64,000 nucleotides of DNA, taken from assembly GCA_036172245.1 (NCBI GenBank), contig JAYWIR010000009.1, positions 4,402,001 to 4,466,000 of the forward strand. Reading direction: 5' to 3'. Origin of the DNA: Raillietiella orientalis (lineage: Eukaryota). The translations under genes were made by a program, and so were the position numbers. Under the pieces are notes generated by a model. The model saw only the letters and a list, made by a program, of their open reading frames with translations. It had not been told where the DNA came from and searched no databases. This document shows positions 48,571-62,199 of the stretch, piece after piece; within the stretch, counting starts at the first letter, position 1, and every line of letters begins with the position of its first letter.

Positions 48571-50789
48571 TTCACGGAACGTGGAAAACCATGTGAACGA
48601 CAGCAAGAACTTTCCTAAATTAATTCAGGTGAGGAGAAGCCACCCTCGTGTGTGTGTGTGTGTGTGTGTGTTTTCTCAAAAGGAATGCCATCTTGGCGAG
48701 CAAAAGATAAAGGAAGACGACTTAATTTTCTGTCGCTTTTCCAATAGCTTCGTCAAAGGCAGGCGCTCATCATCTCCAACATGTGACATGGAAAAGAATA
48801 CAAAGTCATGCTAAGGAGGGATGGGTTGCATCCTTGAAATTTGAATTGCTCAGTATCAGGAACATTGTGCAATTCAAGCTCGTAAAAGATGTCACAAAGT
48901 AAATCCGTTGCCGCACTGCAATAAAACTTCGAGTTCTTTCCTTTCGTTCTGATAGTGTGCTCCCAGGCAAATAACAGGAAGAGGTCATGCAAGGCGTAAA
49001 AGATTTATAAAGGCATCAGTTCATAATCAATACATATGGCATCTATAAACAGAAATGGACCTCTTTCGAAATGCACGTTGAGAAAACGTGAACTCGGAAA
49101 TAGGTTTCGAAAGTGAAGGTCACTTGCTACACACATTCATTCATGTTTTGCTTCGAATCGTTGCTGTCATCGTTGTCTGAGACGACTCGGATTCGGGCAG
49201 AATGTGTGTGTGCAACTCGGTCTCTATGGTGTACGATGTGTTCGTACACAAATGATGGCCGACATTTTACTTCATCTTATTTTTTTTTTCCACGTTCAAT
49301 CTTGACATCACGAGAGTGTAAATTTGCTCGCATGGGGGCTTTCTGGAATTGCTCGAAGGAAAGGAGAAGAAGAAGAAGAAGAAGAAAAAAAAACCTTTGT
49401 TTTTTTCTTTTTCTTTCTTTCGAAGTTTCTGTCAAGAAATGGATGACGTAAGGGCCGAAAATCGATCGGGTTGCACCATATCGATTCCCGTTGTTCTCCG
49501 CAAAGGTCATGGAAAACCAAAATCCAAAAGCCTTTTTTTTCTCTCTCTCTCTCTCTTTTTGACGAAAAAAAAATTTCCCTGGAAATCTGATCATCACTAT
49601 CGCGTGAGAGCTGTATTGTATGTAGTCCCAGATTCCCAGATCACCCTGGGATGGGTGGATGCACAACCGATCCAGGCAATCCGTTCGCCTTTCCTTCTTG
49701 CTGGGTTCTTTTTTTTCCTTTTTTTTTGTCAACTGCCTGCTTTTGGTTGCTTTTGCTTTGCAAGCTCCCTCTGACTCGTTCTCGTTCTGGCCCGTACGCG
49801 GTCTTCATGATTTCCTGCTTCGGAACCCGTGCTCCCTGGAGTTTCACACGAGCAGACGGAACGAAGTGGGTTTGGGAAACGAATCCAGGGGCCGACTCTT
49901 CGGAGGGCCGCAGGGTTCGGGAGATGGAGGCTGCTTCCTTTCCCTCCTCCCGCTATTTGCTCTGACCCATTTGCCTCCCCCCCCCCTTTTTTTTTTCTGC
50001 GCTTTCCCGCCTCTCGCGCGTCGCTTCATTGTTGCGCGTCGCACTTCCGCCGCAACGGAGTCGGCAGGTGCGTTGCCATGGCACGAACCCAGGCGTGCCT
50101 GAATCTCCGAGTTTCGCTGTTTTCCCGCCGCCGTTTGTGCATTCGCCTCGTGCACCAAGTGGTTCCGAGAGTCGAAGCCACACGAGAGAGATTTGCCCCT
50201 TGATGCTCGTGCCATCCCCTCCAAACGGCGTTTTGACCATCATCGGGTGCCTGCGGGATCTCCACCGTCCCTGCAGGTAGCCGGTGAAGACCAGGTTGCG
50301 CACGGAAACCAATCCACTTCCACGTTTTACCTTCCTTCTTTCCTCCGCCCCATCCCATTTTACCACACACCCGCCGTGCCACGCATCCCAAACTCGCTGT
50401 GGCCATCGCAAGAAGCAGCAGCATCCGTCCTAACTGCTCGTCAGGTGCTCTTTCAGGTAACTCTGATCCAAGTTATTGCAAGACCAAAGTAGGATCGATT
50501 CCCTTCCGCTGAGGAGCACGCCCGGTGATCAGGATCTCATCCTGCATGTCCGCACCCATCCTTCTCGCTTGGCTATTCGTTATTCCTCTACGCTTCCCTC
50601 GTCGTCGTCGCTCATTCCTCCCGCTCTGTTAGGGGGCTGATTTCGCACCCCAAGAGGGACCCTCAAATCCTACCCTTCACCCCACCCCATATCCCTCGCT
50701 CGCCAACAGGAGAGACTCCCACCCGAAAGTGGTCAGAAGTCCTTGGAAAGAGAAGCTGGCCGTCCGCGCGACCAACTCCGTGCTACGCG

Positions 50790-53200
50790 TGGACCTCGTC
50801 CTCGTGTTAAACCCGGTCACGGCGGGATGTTCACTCGGTGTATACAAAACGTACGTTAACGTGCCTTGAGGGTACGATTCAGGGAGCGCCGACTCGCAGT
50901 TAGGTGGCTAAAGGGAAAAAGAGCCCAGTGAGTTGAAGGGAGTAAAAATGAGTAAATAAACACGTGCACGGTAAGGGGAAACACGCTTGATAGTCTCCGG
51001 GAAATGGGGGAGGAAGGGTCACTGGGATTCCGTCCCGAGTTTTCTGGATAGTCTTCCTGCAATCCGATCTGCGTCCTCTTCGATCTCAGGGAGGCGAAAA
51101 TCACGGGCGGGATGCAGCCGGTGGCCGTGCTCCAGTGCTGCCGCTGCTCCACAGCCTGGCGATCCGCGACCACGGCTCGGATGCAGCAGCACAGTATCGC
51201 CAGCGGACCAGCAGCGTGGAAGAACGGTCGCAGAAGCTGCTGTGGGGACTCCTCCTGACGCAGGAGGTTCTTCTGCTTCCACTCGTTGGCCATCTGCTGC
51301 GGAGGGACGGGCGGTCCATCCAATCGCCCTGCCCGTCCGGCCCGGTCCGGGGACGCCTTCTGGACCATCCGAAGCGGCCCGTCTCGAAACGGGGGTGCGG
51401 TTCCTGCGGCGGAGGTTGGGGCCACCCTCCTCCTGGCCATCTCCACGCCGCGGAGAAGCAGGACGCTGGAGATGAATCCGACATCGAGAGGGGACATCGC
51501 ATATTCTTTTCAAGTGCCGGAAGGGCTGGCAGTAGATCCGTCGTTTTTCCGCGTTTCCAATGCCCCTCTGCCACCTCGGAGCTCTGCCCTTGGGGCGCGA
51601 CCTCGCTCTGCAGAATTCCAGCAAGGACTCGGTTCCTGCTCTGGGGATCCGGTCTGGTGCCGTAGCGGTCGGGGGTGGCCGGCGTTTCCGCTGGGCCCAT
51701 GAATCTTCCTCCCCCTTGCCAACCGCAGCGCGCGCGTTTTAAGGAAGCGGCCGACGGACGTCTGCAGCCGGGAGCGGCGAGCCCGACGTCTCCGCAGGTC
51801 CACGGAAACAGGAAAGCGGAGTCCTGGACCGCATCTCCTCTCAGCCTTTGCGCCACCACAAGAGCAACTGGGTCATCGATGCGTCCTCGGCCCTCGGCTG
51901 GGTCATCGATGGTCCACCGCCGGGTCCTCGCGATCCTTGAATCCCTCTGCTGGGCGTCCTCGATCCTTTGCGGATCCAGAGAGCTCCGTGCGTCGTTCCC
52001 CACAGAAGGAAGACGCCAGGAAGTGGCCATCTCCCGTGGGCGGTAGTCCGGATCCTCACTCCCTCTCCCCGTCCCTGCCCCTGATCTTCCCAGCTCTCCG
52101 TTCCTTCTTCTTCCCAGGGTCCACCTTGCCGAACCCGTCCGCGGATTGAACACCGGGACGAGGGGCATCGCCCGAGAGGTCCACGGGCTGCTCCGGGTCG
52201 TGTGCCGCCGCCTCCACTCAGCGACCTTCGTCCTCCTCCCTCATCCGCTCTTCGCTCCGCGCGCTGCGACGGCGAACTCCCGGCTCTCGGGAAACCACAC
52301 AAAAGTCTGGGAGGGGGAGAGATGGGGGAGTGCTGGTCAAGGCCATCCTCCGCGAGAGAGCGAAGGAAAAGGGGGGAAGGTCGCTCTGATCGCTTGCTGC
52401 CGCCGTCGTTCGCAATCTAAGGACACGCGGTTTCGAGTGGTCCTCCCTGGGATGCTGCGCCTCCCACCCGCGCGTACAACAGGGAGTGGATCGGGGGATG
52501 CGCCGCACACGCTCACGTGGCACGCCTCTGGAACTGGGACGCGCGCAGCACCCGCACACATGTGGAAGGATGCGACGAATGGAGAAAGGAGGAGGGTGGC
52601 AACCCTGATCCAACATGCAGAGGAAACCAGCGCGGTCCACGCGGGCATAGTCTGCTGGAGCTCCGGGATGCTGTGTGCATCTCCGTTGGGGACGGATGGG
52701 TGCTGGCGGGCGTGCTCGCGGCGGCGATCACAGGAAGGAGCAGCCGAAATCGTCCCGGAGCATCGCGGAAGCCTCCGCGTCACGCGCTCTTGGCTCCCCT
52801 TCCCCCTTTTTTTCCCTTCCCTCCGTCAGCCCCGAGGACTTCTCTCACGGCAACGTGCAGACGAGGGAGGGAACCGAGTGCCGGGAATGGAGGCGCTCCC
52901 GATCGGCGGTGCAGACGCGCACCCTGTCCCGGCGAAGCAGGAGCCGGGAGGAAGGAGAGGGGGAGGGATCGACGTCGGTTGAGGGGGCGAGAGAGGAACC
53001 GAGGGAGAGCCGTCGCCCCCATCGGTTTCTGCCTTTCAAAATGGCGGCGTTCGCTCTCGATGCTCACCGCGGCGGACCCCGTTCTGGCTGTGCAGAGGCA
53101 GCACGGAGGCCGGAAAACGTAGGCGCTTCGCGGGGAAATCCGTCGTTGCCAGGCGAAAAAGAGGGGCGGACCGGACATCGACTGCCCAGGGCCCGCAGCG
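50790..53200 (-). mobile_element. Decayed L1/Tx1-like RT to post-RT fragment with a 3'UTR-like end
   Basis: Collinear PSVPNGD (RP...N.D), VSLDCER (SLD.EK), GRWPLPGVF (QGCPLSP.LF), TIDD (YADD) and ADRQAVEQRQHW. A GTGAAC..CCG..CCGG 3'UTR motif lies at ~50810-50835. Confidence 0.6.
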
Positions 53201-53264
53201 GCTGATGGAAGCTGCCTGGGAAAGCAGGGACCACCGGCGGGGTCAAGTAAAACGGAAAGAAGTT

Positions 53265-53620
53265 GGAATGAAATGGAAGGAGAAGAGGCGAAAATGAAAT
53301 GTAACGTTGTGGAATGGGATGGAATGCAATGGAAATGTAGTGGAATGAAATGTGACGTAATAAAATGAAAAGGCGAAATGTAATGAAACGAAAAGGAAAT
53401 AAGATGGAATGTACTGAAGAGAAACATGGAAAGATCTGAAATGTACTGAAACAAAAAGGATATGAAATTACCGTAGGGAGATGAAGCAGAAAGAAAATAG
53501 AATGGAAGGGGATGGAATAAAATGAAAAGGTGAAATGTACTAAAATGAAAAGGAGATGAAACGTAATGTAATGAAATGAAATGAAAAAAATGTTAAGAAG
53601 AATGAAATGCAAGCAAATCA
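53265..53620. repeat. Degenerate pentanucleotide array (AATGA/AATGG/AATGT)n
   Basis: Direct reading. Confidence 0.88.
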
Positions 53621-53749
53621 AATCATCGTTTTTTTTTTTATTTTCGCCTTCTCCCAGAAGGCGACACAGAGAATGCCGGAAGCGACGCGAAAAGCTGATT
53701 TGGGATTGGACCAAAGGCATGTGCACGAATCCATCGTGGCTAGTCGTTG

Positions 53750-56700
53750 GGGGGGGGGGCTCCTGGGTGCCCCGTCAGCATCCTGTTCCTTTTCCCCCGA
53801 ATTCAGAGAGTCCTCGGACGTGCGCTTGCAGAGCTGGCGCGGGTTATCTGCGAGAGAGGACGTCAGCAGGCGTGGAAGCTGAACCGTCCCAAAGTCGCAC
53901 ATTCCTGCGGTGGTGTCAGAGCCCGCGGGCGGGACGAATTCGGCCCCTCTCTCCGATGCAAAAGACCCCATTTTTCCGAACCGGGGAGCATCATCCCAGC
54001 ATCATCATCCCTTCGTGCCGCAACGAATCTCACAAGGTCTGTTTGGAGACCGCGTTCCGCTTCCGAACGACTGCTGGATGCTGGGCGACTGGCTCCCTCG
54101 AACGAGAGCGACCTCTCTCCCGGTCACAGTTCGGACGAACCCTTCTGTAGGGGAAGATCCTGAAAGCGCGTTGCAGGCTGAGACGAGGACGAGAGTTGTC
54201 GCAAGGAACAGACGGGAAAGAAGCGGGAAAACTCCTCCTCCACGGGGGTCATAACCCTCGACGCAACTGGTTCTGAACTTTGCAGGAGAGGAGCTCCGTA
54301 GACAAAACTGTCTCTCCGTGACCTGACGACAGATTCCAGTTCCCGCCAACCCTCCGCATCCGAGCTCGAGGTGCCTTCGCGGTTCTTGACGCGGCTGACG
54401 ATAGATTGGAAATGTCATGCCCACGCGCGCGCTGGATTCGGCGAGCTGACGTCGAAGCCCCTTCGGCGGTCCATCCCACGTCGGGGCAAGGTGGCTCGTT
54501 GCCGAAGGGGAGGGCTTCCCGCCGCCGGAATGGCGTCTGGACCGCGTGAACATTTCGTTCCCTGGAAGTCTCCGCGCCACCCTTCGGCGAGACGGCGAAA
54601 GATCGAGAAGAAAAAAGACTCCGCGGAAGCTGCTCAGCATAAAGACTCGAACGCCGCCTTTCCCTCCATGGGGAAAGGCGAGGAGGGGAGCGGCTGTATT
54701 CGATCCTAGCCTGCGACCGTCCCCCGAGCAGAAGATTCAGCCCCCGGGTAGGTCGAAATGAGGAAACCATCCGGTGGGCTGATTTCCACTGCATCGGTGG
54801 GAAAAATTCGATAGGGTAGATCCGAAAGCGCCTTCGAATAGATAACAGCGTAGATGTCCTTGCAAGAACGGAATCAGGCACGTATGAACGAGGCGGGTGA
54901 GGGAGGGAGGAGGAGGGAAGGAAGACGATCTCATCTCCCCCCCACCTCCCTTTCCTCTCCCAAGTTTCTTCGTTCTACCCGCTCTGTTTGCTTAAAAATG
55001 CTTGGGCAGTTGCACACTGAGACCTTTCTGAACTGCCCGCTAAACGCTTTGTTTCTCCACCACTGGTGAAAGCGAGGAACCCCTTTAATCTTTCCCTTTT
55101 GCTGAGGCTCTCTTCAAATCAAAAACCAAACACACACACATAAAAAGAGGTCCCGTCGTACACGGCAAACCTTTCAGACAGAAAACCAGGAGCGCTGATT
55201 TTCTGTTTCCGCAGCTCTTGCTCGTCGGAGGACCACACCTCAACTCTCGACTCGCGAGAGCACGGCCTCAGCGTGTTGTCAAGACGTATACGTTGAACTT
55301 GCGTTGCTGTGCCATCCTACGTACGTGGTACTCCTCCTCTTTCCCCCCTCCCCTTCCCTCCTCCTCCTCAAAAAGAAACCGTTTGCTGCTTTCGGCCTTT
55401 CGCACGGCGCGGAATCTTTAAAGGGAACCGCTAGGCGCCGCCGCGATTCTCTCGTCCCGGGCGCCGGAAAAATAGAACCCAATCCCCGGAGCTGGTCACG
55501 TGGAAACAAAAAATCCCTGCGTGGTGGTCGCCGTTGGGGTTCGGGGTGCGACCAGTCACTCGAAATGAGCCGGAAGGGGACCGACTGCTACGGACTAAAC
55601 CTCGAGAGGAGCCGGTAGAATAAGGGGATGATGGAAGAAACGCGCGCGCACAAAGGGAAAAAAAAATCCCGTTTCCGAATTCATGGCACTGCAGACATTT
55701 GCAGATGTCGCGGCCACGTACCGCGCGCGGGTCCTACGTCTCCCAGCCTCACGCAGCAGGTGCTGGGCGTGGTCACGGCTGCGTTGTTTAGGTGTGCGAA
55801 AAAAAAAAAAAAACGCTGAAGACCGGGAGCATGGTGTGGCTGAGACGTCTCTTCTAATTTTAGCGAACCTTCCGCAAAACAGGAACAGCTCGCAGACTTT
55901 TGAGAGGCGTTTTTTTCCCTGGAAAGAGTGCTGCAAAAGAGTCCTGACCAATAAAGTCTTTTCGGGCTCGGCGTTCGGGGCGGTGCGAGAACGTACGATG
56001 CTTCCGTTCCGGTGTGAGAGACGGATTCCCCAAAGGAGAGGGAAGGAGACGAAGATTTATGGACAGCGCGGAAAGGCTGCTGCAGTGGCACTCCAATCAC
56101 CTCGTCAACCACGCATCGGCGCTGGAGCAAGCCTCCGCGGGCGACGGCGTCGAGGTGGGCGAGCGCGTGGGACTCCCTGGAGCAAGTCGTTCGGACCGAA
56201 CAGCCTTCCGGATTGCAAAGGGAATTTCTTTCAAAGCGTCTTTTCTGTCAATACGCTTCCGTATTACCGGTTCGCAGACCAGTGAGGACCACCACAACAG
56301 CAGAGGGGAGGGGTCAAGCAAAAAGAAAAAGAAACAAAACAAAAACAAAACAATTCTAGGGGTGGGGGTGCGGAAAGGGATCGCGTCCTGGTGGGGGCAG
56401 TCCTCTGCATCCTTTGGAGGACGCTGGAAAGGTCTTTCTTGCTATTGACGTCCAGGTGAGGCCGTCTGGCAGCTATCCATAGAAGCGAACAGCGAATGCA
56501 TGGCGCCCCTGTCGTTGGCTCCTCCGTTGGCGTCGCTCCACATCACCACCATCCCGCAGAGACAGCAAAGGGCTGCAAGGGCTGCGGCTCGCTACAGGGC
56601 CTCCCGCACAAGGAAGAACCGCATCACGCCTCTGACATTGCCGCCGGGAGTTTCAAGGATCGCGGCAGAGCGTTTCCAAAGGGGCCGGAGAGCAACACAG

Positions 56701-57120
56701 TCCACTATGAGGTGCGAGAGGGATTCCCGCTCCCCTCATCTTGCACAGTTTGGATCCACCCCTTCCCTCCGTGTCCCATGTGATGCCGGCGGACGTTGCA
56801 CGGGAGACCCCAGTGCAGCAGCAGCAGAACCGACCCCTGCCACTTTAAGAGGAGGCTGCGTCTGTCTAAAAGCACTGGAGGCCACTGCAGGTCTTCCTCC
56901 GAATACCCAGTAGCATGTGTCAGAGCAAAAGTCCACGAGGTCGAGCGATTGGGGTCGCAGCGTCATGAGCTGGCCCGTCTCCCACTCGCCCAGTCCTTTC
57001 CTCTTTCCAGAGGTTTCCACAGTGACATCTAGCCGTAAGGCTGTGCTTCCCATGTGTTCCCTGAGGGAGGACACTGGCTGGCCTCGGTTGGCTTCGGTGT
57101 GGTACCGGTGGAAACTGGAA
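53750..57120 (-). mobile_element. Cluster of non-collinear L1/Tx1-like fragments (endonuclease-like ~54200-54900; RT-like ~55600-56700; ORF2 3' part ~56780-57120)
   Basis: 56800-56912 is a clear reverse-complement homolog of 37621-37735. LDVNSKKDLSSV (LD..KAFD.V-like) lies at ~56430. Confidence 0.55.
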
Positions 57121-57129
57121 ACCAGATGA

Positions 57130-57646
57130 CCCCGTTGACTGGACGGGTCATCAAGGGGCCGGCTCTCTTTGGGATTCCCCTCCATTTGTGCAAATGCAGC
57201 CACCACTCTCTTCGGGGGGAGGACCCTCCGTCGAGTACCATGGAACTGATTGACGCTTTCCTTGGGAGTTTCCTCTCCAGAGTGTCAGAAGCGCCCTCCC
57301 GGGAACTTTGGGAACGTCCCTTCAAGGTTCTGTTCAGAGGAGCACCAGCAAGGAGTGGTTCCCTGCGGATTCCCTTCGGAGAAGAAATAAGTCCGAGCGG
57401 TCCCTCCGGAGAGAACAAGGAAGAGGCGGTTCCCGTCGAAGTTCCCCTCCGAAGAGTAAGGGAGGAAGAGACTCTTTCCTCCGGAGCCCTTCCTGGATTC
57501 ATAGGGTGGTCCCTCTGGAGTTGCCCCCTACAACTTGAAACGCCGCACACACACCCGGGTGGAGTGGACGGTGCTTGAAGGGCTTTGTGAGCCGCCGCCA
57601 GAAGAGCGGTTCTTGCGCACTTGGCGAACCAAAAAAAAAAAAAAAA
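57130..57646 (+). mobile_element. 5'-truncated SINE-like copy with intact poly(A) tail
   Basis: Body as in the other copies; ends CACTTGGCGAACC plus A16 (57631-57646). Confidence 0.8.
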
Positions 57647-57659
57647 GGAAGCGCAATAA

Positions 57660-59100
57660 AGCTCAACACTGTCTCTTCTTAGATCTGTAAAGATCAAAAG
57701 GACGACAGTGTTGCCAGAAGGGGTTCCAGACTCGCACCGCGCGAGGAGACTCGCCTTACGCGAAGAGCAAGGACCGAACGTGGAGATCGATTTTCGGTTG
57801 GTACGAACGAAAACGTCGCTCAGGTAGGCATTGATCGCAGCCTTCCTTTGACCACGCTTGCTGGTGCATCCCAGTCTCCTTCCTGTCCGGAACTCCTGGA
57901 AATACCTAGATACCTTCTGGAAGCGGTCACAGGTGTCGGGATTCCTGGGAGAAACTGTGCGTCTGCAACCTGGATTCAGCAAACTTCTGCTTCTCGGTAG
58001 ATTAGGACGCGCTGATCCTGGTGAGATGCCCAAGGCAAAAATGGAGCACCTGCACGTCTCCGATCCCAAGAGGAAATCTCCTCAAGGATTTTTCTCTGGA
58101 TGCGAGCGCCAAGATAAAGTGGATGACTCATGTGAATCCCTGCAAGGGAAGGCGCCGGCACGCGATGCTGAGTGAAGATGCTGGAATTTTTCGACAAGTG
58201 AAAAGAAGAAAAAACGGTCGCTGTGGTGCTCCATGGAAACGCACCGTCGCTCACTTTGGTTCTTCTGCAAACAATCCTTCACGAACGGTTCCGTCTGAAC
58301 CTGAAACTGGCTGCGATCTCGTCTCCCCGCTTGTGCCCGTGAGGGCGAATTCGGGATTGAAGGATTCCAAGAAGACTGCTACCCTCTTTCTTACCGATGT
58401 CTCGCTTCTCCGCGTGCGAAGCACGCGAGCCCATGTTGGCAGCTCCTCGAGCCCGCGGTTTCTGAACACGCAAGAGACCTCTGTTTGTCCCATCTTTGCT
58501 CGTTTTCAACTCAACTCTTCAAGTCAGAGGAGTAGCGGGATTTGCCTCACGGCATTTTCGTCCGCAGTTCTTTTGCCACCCTTGCGGTGACGCAGGGCTG
58601 CAAAATGGGACTGGCATCCTCCTCGAATGCCACTTTCTTATCCCTGCATTGAGCATTCCCAAGTTGCGAAATGCATTCAGGAGACTGCGGGGAAAATCGA
58701 ACTGCCGGGCATGCAGCTGCAGCTACAGGAGCGACCTGATGCAGTGCCCGCAGGGTTTAACTGGAACACCTCTCTTCAAAGTCTACGAAAATCTTCAGGG
58801 TTCACTGCGGAGCATTCCTGATGGGGCCTCCTCGGCATAGGCTGCTTCCGCTGCTCGACCACAAAGCTTCCATGAAAGTTGCGCAGCAACGAGAGTGTTT
58901 CGTCGCCCTCCTCCCCTCAAGAACTCTGAGCCGCATCCCACCAAGCCCTGCGTAATAGTGGCAGCCCACCAGCATTCCGTGTACGGACTTTCGTACGCCT
59001 TTTATGCGCCTCTTTTTCTTACGTACGTCAACTATCCAATTGTGCATCTTAAATTTAGCAGCTTAAGAAGAAACTGTTTAATTACGTTTTATCTTGTCTA
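57660..59100 (+). mobile_element. Decayed L1/Tx1-like ORF2 3' fragment (more AT-rich subfamily)
   Basis: NSWKYLDT (KYLG), DFSLDASAKIKWMTHVNPCKG (FLW..K..W..L..P..GG-like) and CRAC...EHL (zinc finger). Confidence 0.6.
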
Positions 59101-59419
59101 ACGTTCGTTGCAAGATGGTGCATGCGGAGATTTTCTCATCTATTTCTTTCGATTTTGTGGTTGATAGTCTTTAGTGCATGGGCCGCAACAGACGTTGACA
59201 AGCTTTCATCTTGCAAATGTATACTTACCTATCATTTTGTTTGCGGATTGGATTATGGTCTCACACCACTCACGTTTTTGCTCCTCTGTTTCCCGTGGTG
59301 GTCCTATTACTATTGACGCGTTTTCTTTTGGATATCCTGCTTAAGTAACCCAAATCTTATACCTTTTCCGTGGTATACACTATGAGCTGCGGCTGTGGGT
59401 TGCGTGGCAACCCTATTCA

Positions 59420-59632
<213 letters not shown>

Positions 59633-60499
59633 TCAGTCCACGATTTGTTCTGATTCTTTCTGGTGGGATGAATGCTAACTTGAAATTCCCACCTCGCTTC
59701 TTGCCTCTGATTTAATAATGACTTTTTGTTCCTTGACGCTTGTCTCGTTGCCCGTCTTCCGATTCAATTCTGTGTTCCTCAACCTCCAGTGCAAAAGGGG
59801 GCGTGCTTTCCAGGAGTTTCTGTTTCCGAGTTTCGGCAATTTCCCGGGAAAAAAAGACCAACTTCCAGATCCTCTTTAACGCGTCTTTTGGCAGGAGTGT
59901 GTACGAGAGCCCATATCTTCCCATCTCCAGGGCGCTTAAAGTGTTCCCAGCAATCTTAAGTATCATCAAGATGTAATTTAGGATGTTTGAATAAGTCCTA
60001 CTCGGAGGACGCACGGGATCAGCTTATGGATCATGTTTCTGCTGACTTGAGGAAAAGTGGGGAACATTCCTTCAGGAGCTCAGCATCGATATTCTTCTTA
60101 TATAATTCAGTCTGAAAGTCCTTCGACGTTTTCCACCATGTGTTTGGTGTTCATTAGCAACGAGTGCACTACAAATTGGGATGCTTTTGCTATTGGCCAA
60201 TGCAAGCATTTACATGACCGCCAAATGAGTTGCTTAAAAGGTTGAAAAAGGTTTCGTCAGTTCCCCATTTAAATCCAGAAAGCCTTTAAAATCCACGTGC
60301 GACTCCAACACACCTCAAATCATTCTAGTCTCAATAGATTCCATATCCTTTTTTGTTTTTTTCGTTTTTGCATTTCATGTCAAGCACAGAAATCATAATG
60401 GAATGAATGACCAGAATCACCAACATGAGACTAAATAACTGTATGATAAACACCACTCTTGGTGAAGAAAATATTTTCCGTAGTCGTCGTGATCCCAGA

Positions 60500-61775
60500 T
60501 GGAACAATTTCTCTACAATTTTCTTAGAGCGAATTGTGGAACGGGTCGTGGTTTCCACGAGTCCACCTACGAAATGCTCCCCGTGTCTCTGTTTTTTGCT
60601 TGTTTTGGCTGTTTCGTTTGAATTTGCTATCTGTTGCATATTTTGAAGGCGGCGAAATCATGCAAGGTAAAAAGATCTCTTTTTGTTTCATCACATCCAC
60701 CATGGTTCGTCGAGTGCCATCCGATCGAGCGATTTCTCTCCTTGAATGTTGCTTCCACAACCCCCACGGATTATTTTTAGCTCGGCCCCATTTTATTGAA
60801 CATCCACTTCCGCTCTAAGACATATTCTGAGCACTGTATTACATTTGTTCTTCCGGAATACAGAGAACGAGTGCATCTTCGCGCGCAAGAAGTGATAACG
60901 ACGACAGACTTCAAAAGTTACGAACCACCTCCATTCTATCAAGGTATGTCTCCATCAATCATATAGGAAGCTGCTGGGATGATGGGAGGAAAGGGTGAAG
61001 ACAAGAGAGGAGAACTGGTATGCACAGCGAGTACTTATCCACTTCAGTTCTGTGACAGTGATGCCTGAAGAGGACGCTTGAGGTCACGAGCCTGTCGGAA
61101 GCTTAGCGACCTTCGTCATACAGCCTTTGCAATTCCAGTCTTCGAATTTTATGTGGGGTCCCGCCACAGGGTGCAATACAAGGAATGGAGTAATAAAGAG
61201 GCTACTGCAGCTCTGCCGAGACGTTGGGGTCTCGAAGCGATTGGTTGACAGGATCTCGCAGGATCCAGTTTCTTTGAATCATCTTTACACAAAAAAAAAA
61301 CTTCGAATCGTGAGGCAATGAGTCTCCACTATTACGGGTGTTGCCTTAAAAATCACGTGGAAAGTCTCCACCTTGGCCACCTGGCTATGGTAAGAAGAAG
61401 GCACGATCACACCTTCACGTTGGTGGCAACCTCTGTGCACACTCCGAAGCATCCGAGTTGGCAAAAGACCACATTCCGTCTTGGTGTCGAAGGGGCTGCA
61501 GCTACGGCGTTCGCAAGTTCGGCGGAGAAACCGCGTCGGTGTGATGAACGGCCTCATCATGTCTACCGGAGCCGCTGAGATCGATTCTTCCGCTGGCCAG
61601 TACCCATGTTGCCAAGGGGAACTCAGACTGCTGCATTCGATGTGTCCAGACTCACGAAATGGAACGCGCTATTTTTCGGAGAGCGCAGAGGGAAATAAGT
61701 AACATAATGCAGACTGATGGCTTGGGAATAAAGCCCTAGGATTGAAGTTATTTATTTATTTTTATTTTTATTTTT
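60500..61775 (+). mobile_element. Decayed L1/Tx1-like ORF2 3' fragment ending in a T-rich tract
   Basis: GSLATFVIQPLQFQ parallels GLLTLERMERQLQFR, and VALKITWK parallels AAIYRLLWK (37490). Confidence 0.45.
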
Positions 61776-62199
61776 TTTCGCTCACGGTAAAATCGAATGA
61801 GCATTTGGTTTCGGAAAACCGATGCTTCCCATTTCCACTGCACACCGCATTTTCATGATCTTCGCTGCCATCAGGTGATTCAAAAGAAATGGATTCTGCC
61901 TGAGTATCCCTTCCGGTGCACGGTGCTCCTGCCATCCTACCTTGGTTCGCTTCTCTCTCTTTTTTTCCTCTCGTCATTTGCCTTTTTTCTAAGGACATTC
62001 CCCAGGATTCTTCCTCCGTCCCCCCGGAGTGGCACGCTTTTCGACATTTTCATTCAACCAAATCTTTTGGTAAAGATTCGTTTTTGGCTCGTATCCCGAA
62101 AGAGACAAAAAGCAAAACAAAGCAAAACAAAAAAAAAGAAACAGAACGCCGTACGTTACCCCTATGGGGAATTTTTTCCCCTTTACTGAAATTATATTC

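Noticed and set aside
60331..60646. Small transmembrane protein ORFs on both strands
   Set aside because: There is no splice-consistent gene model or recognisable domain. These are likely chance ORFs in AT-rich decayed repeat DNA.
60980..61580. hAT-like transposase remnant (DGRK..., TGCNTRNGVI, C..H motifs)
   Set aside because: Neighbouring peptides align better and collinearly with the L1/Tx1-like ORF2 3' region seen elsewhere in the window.
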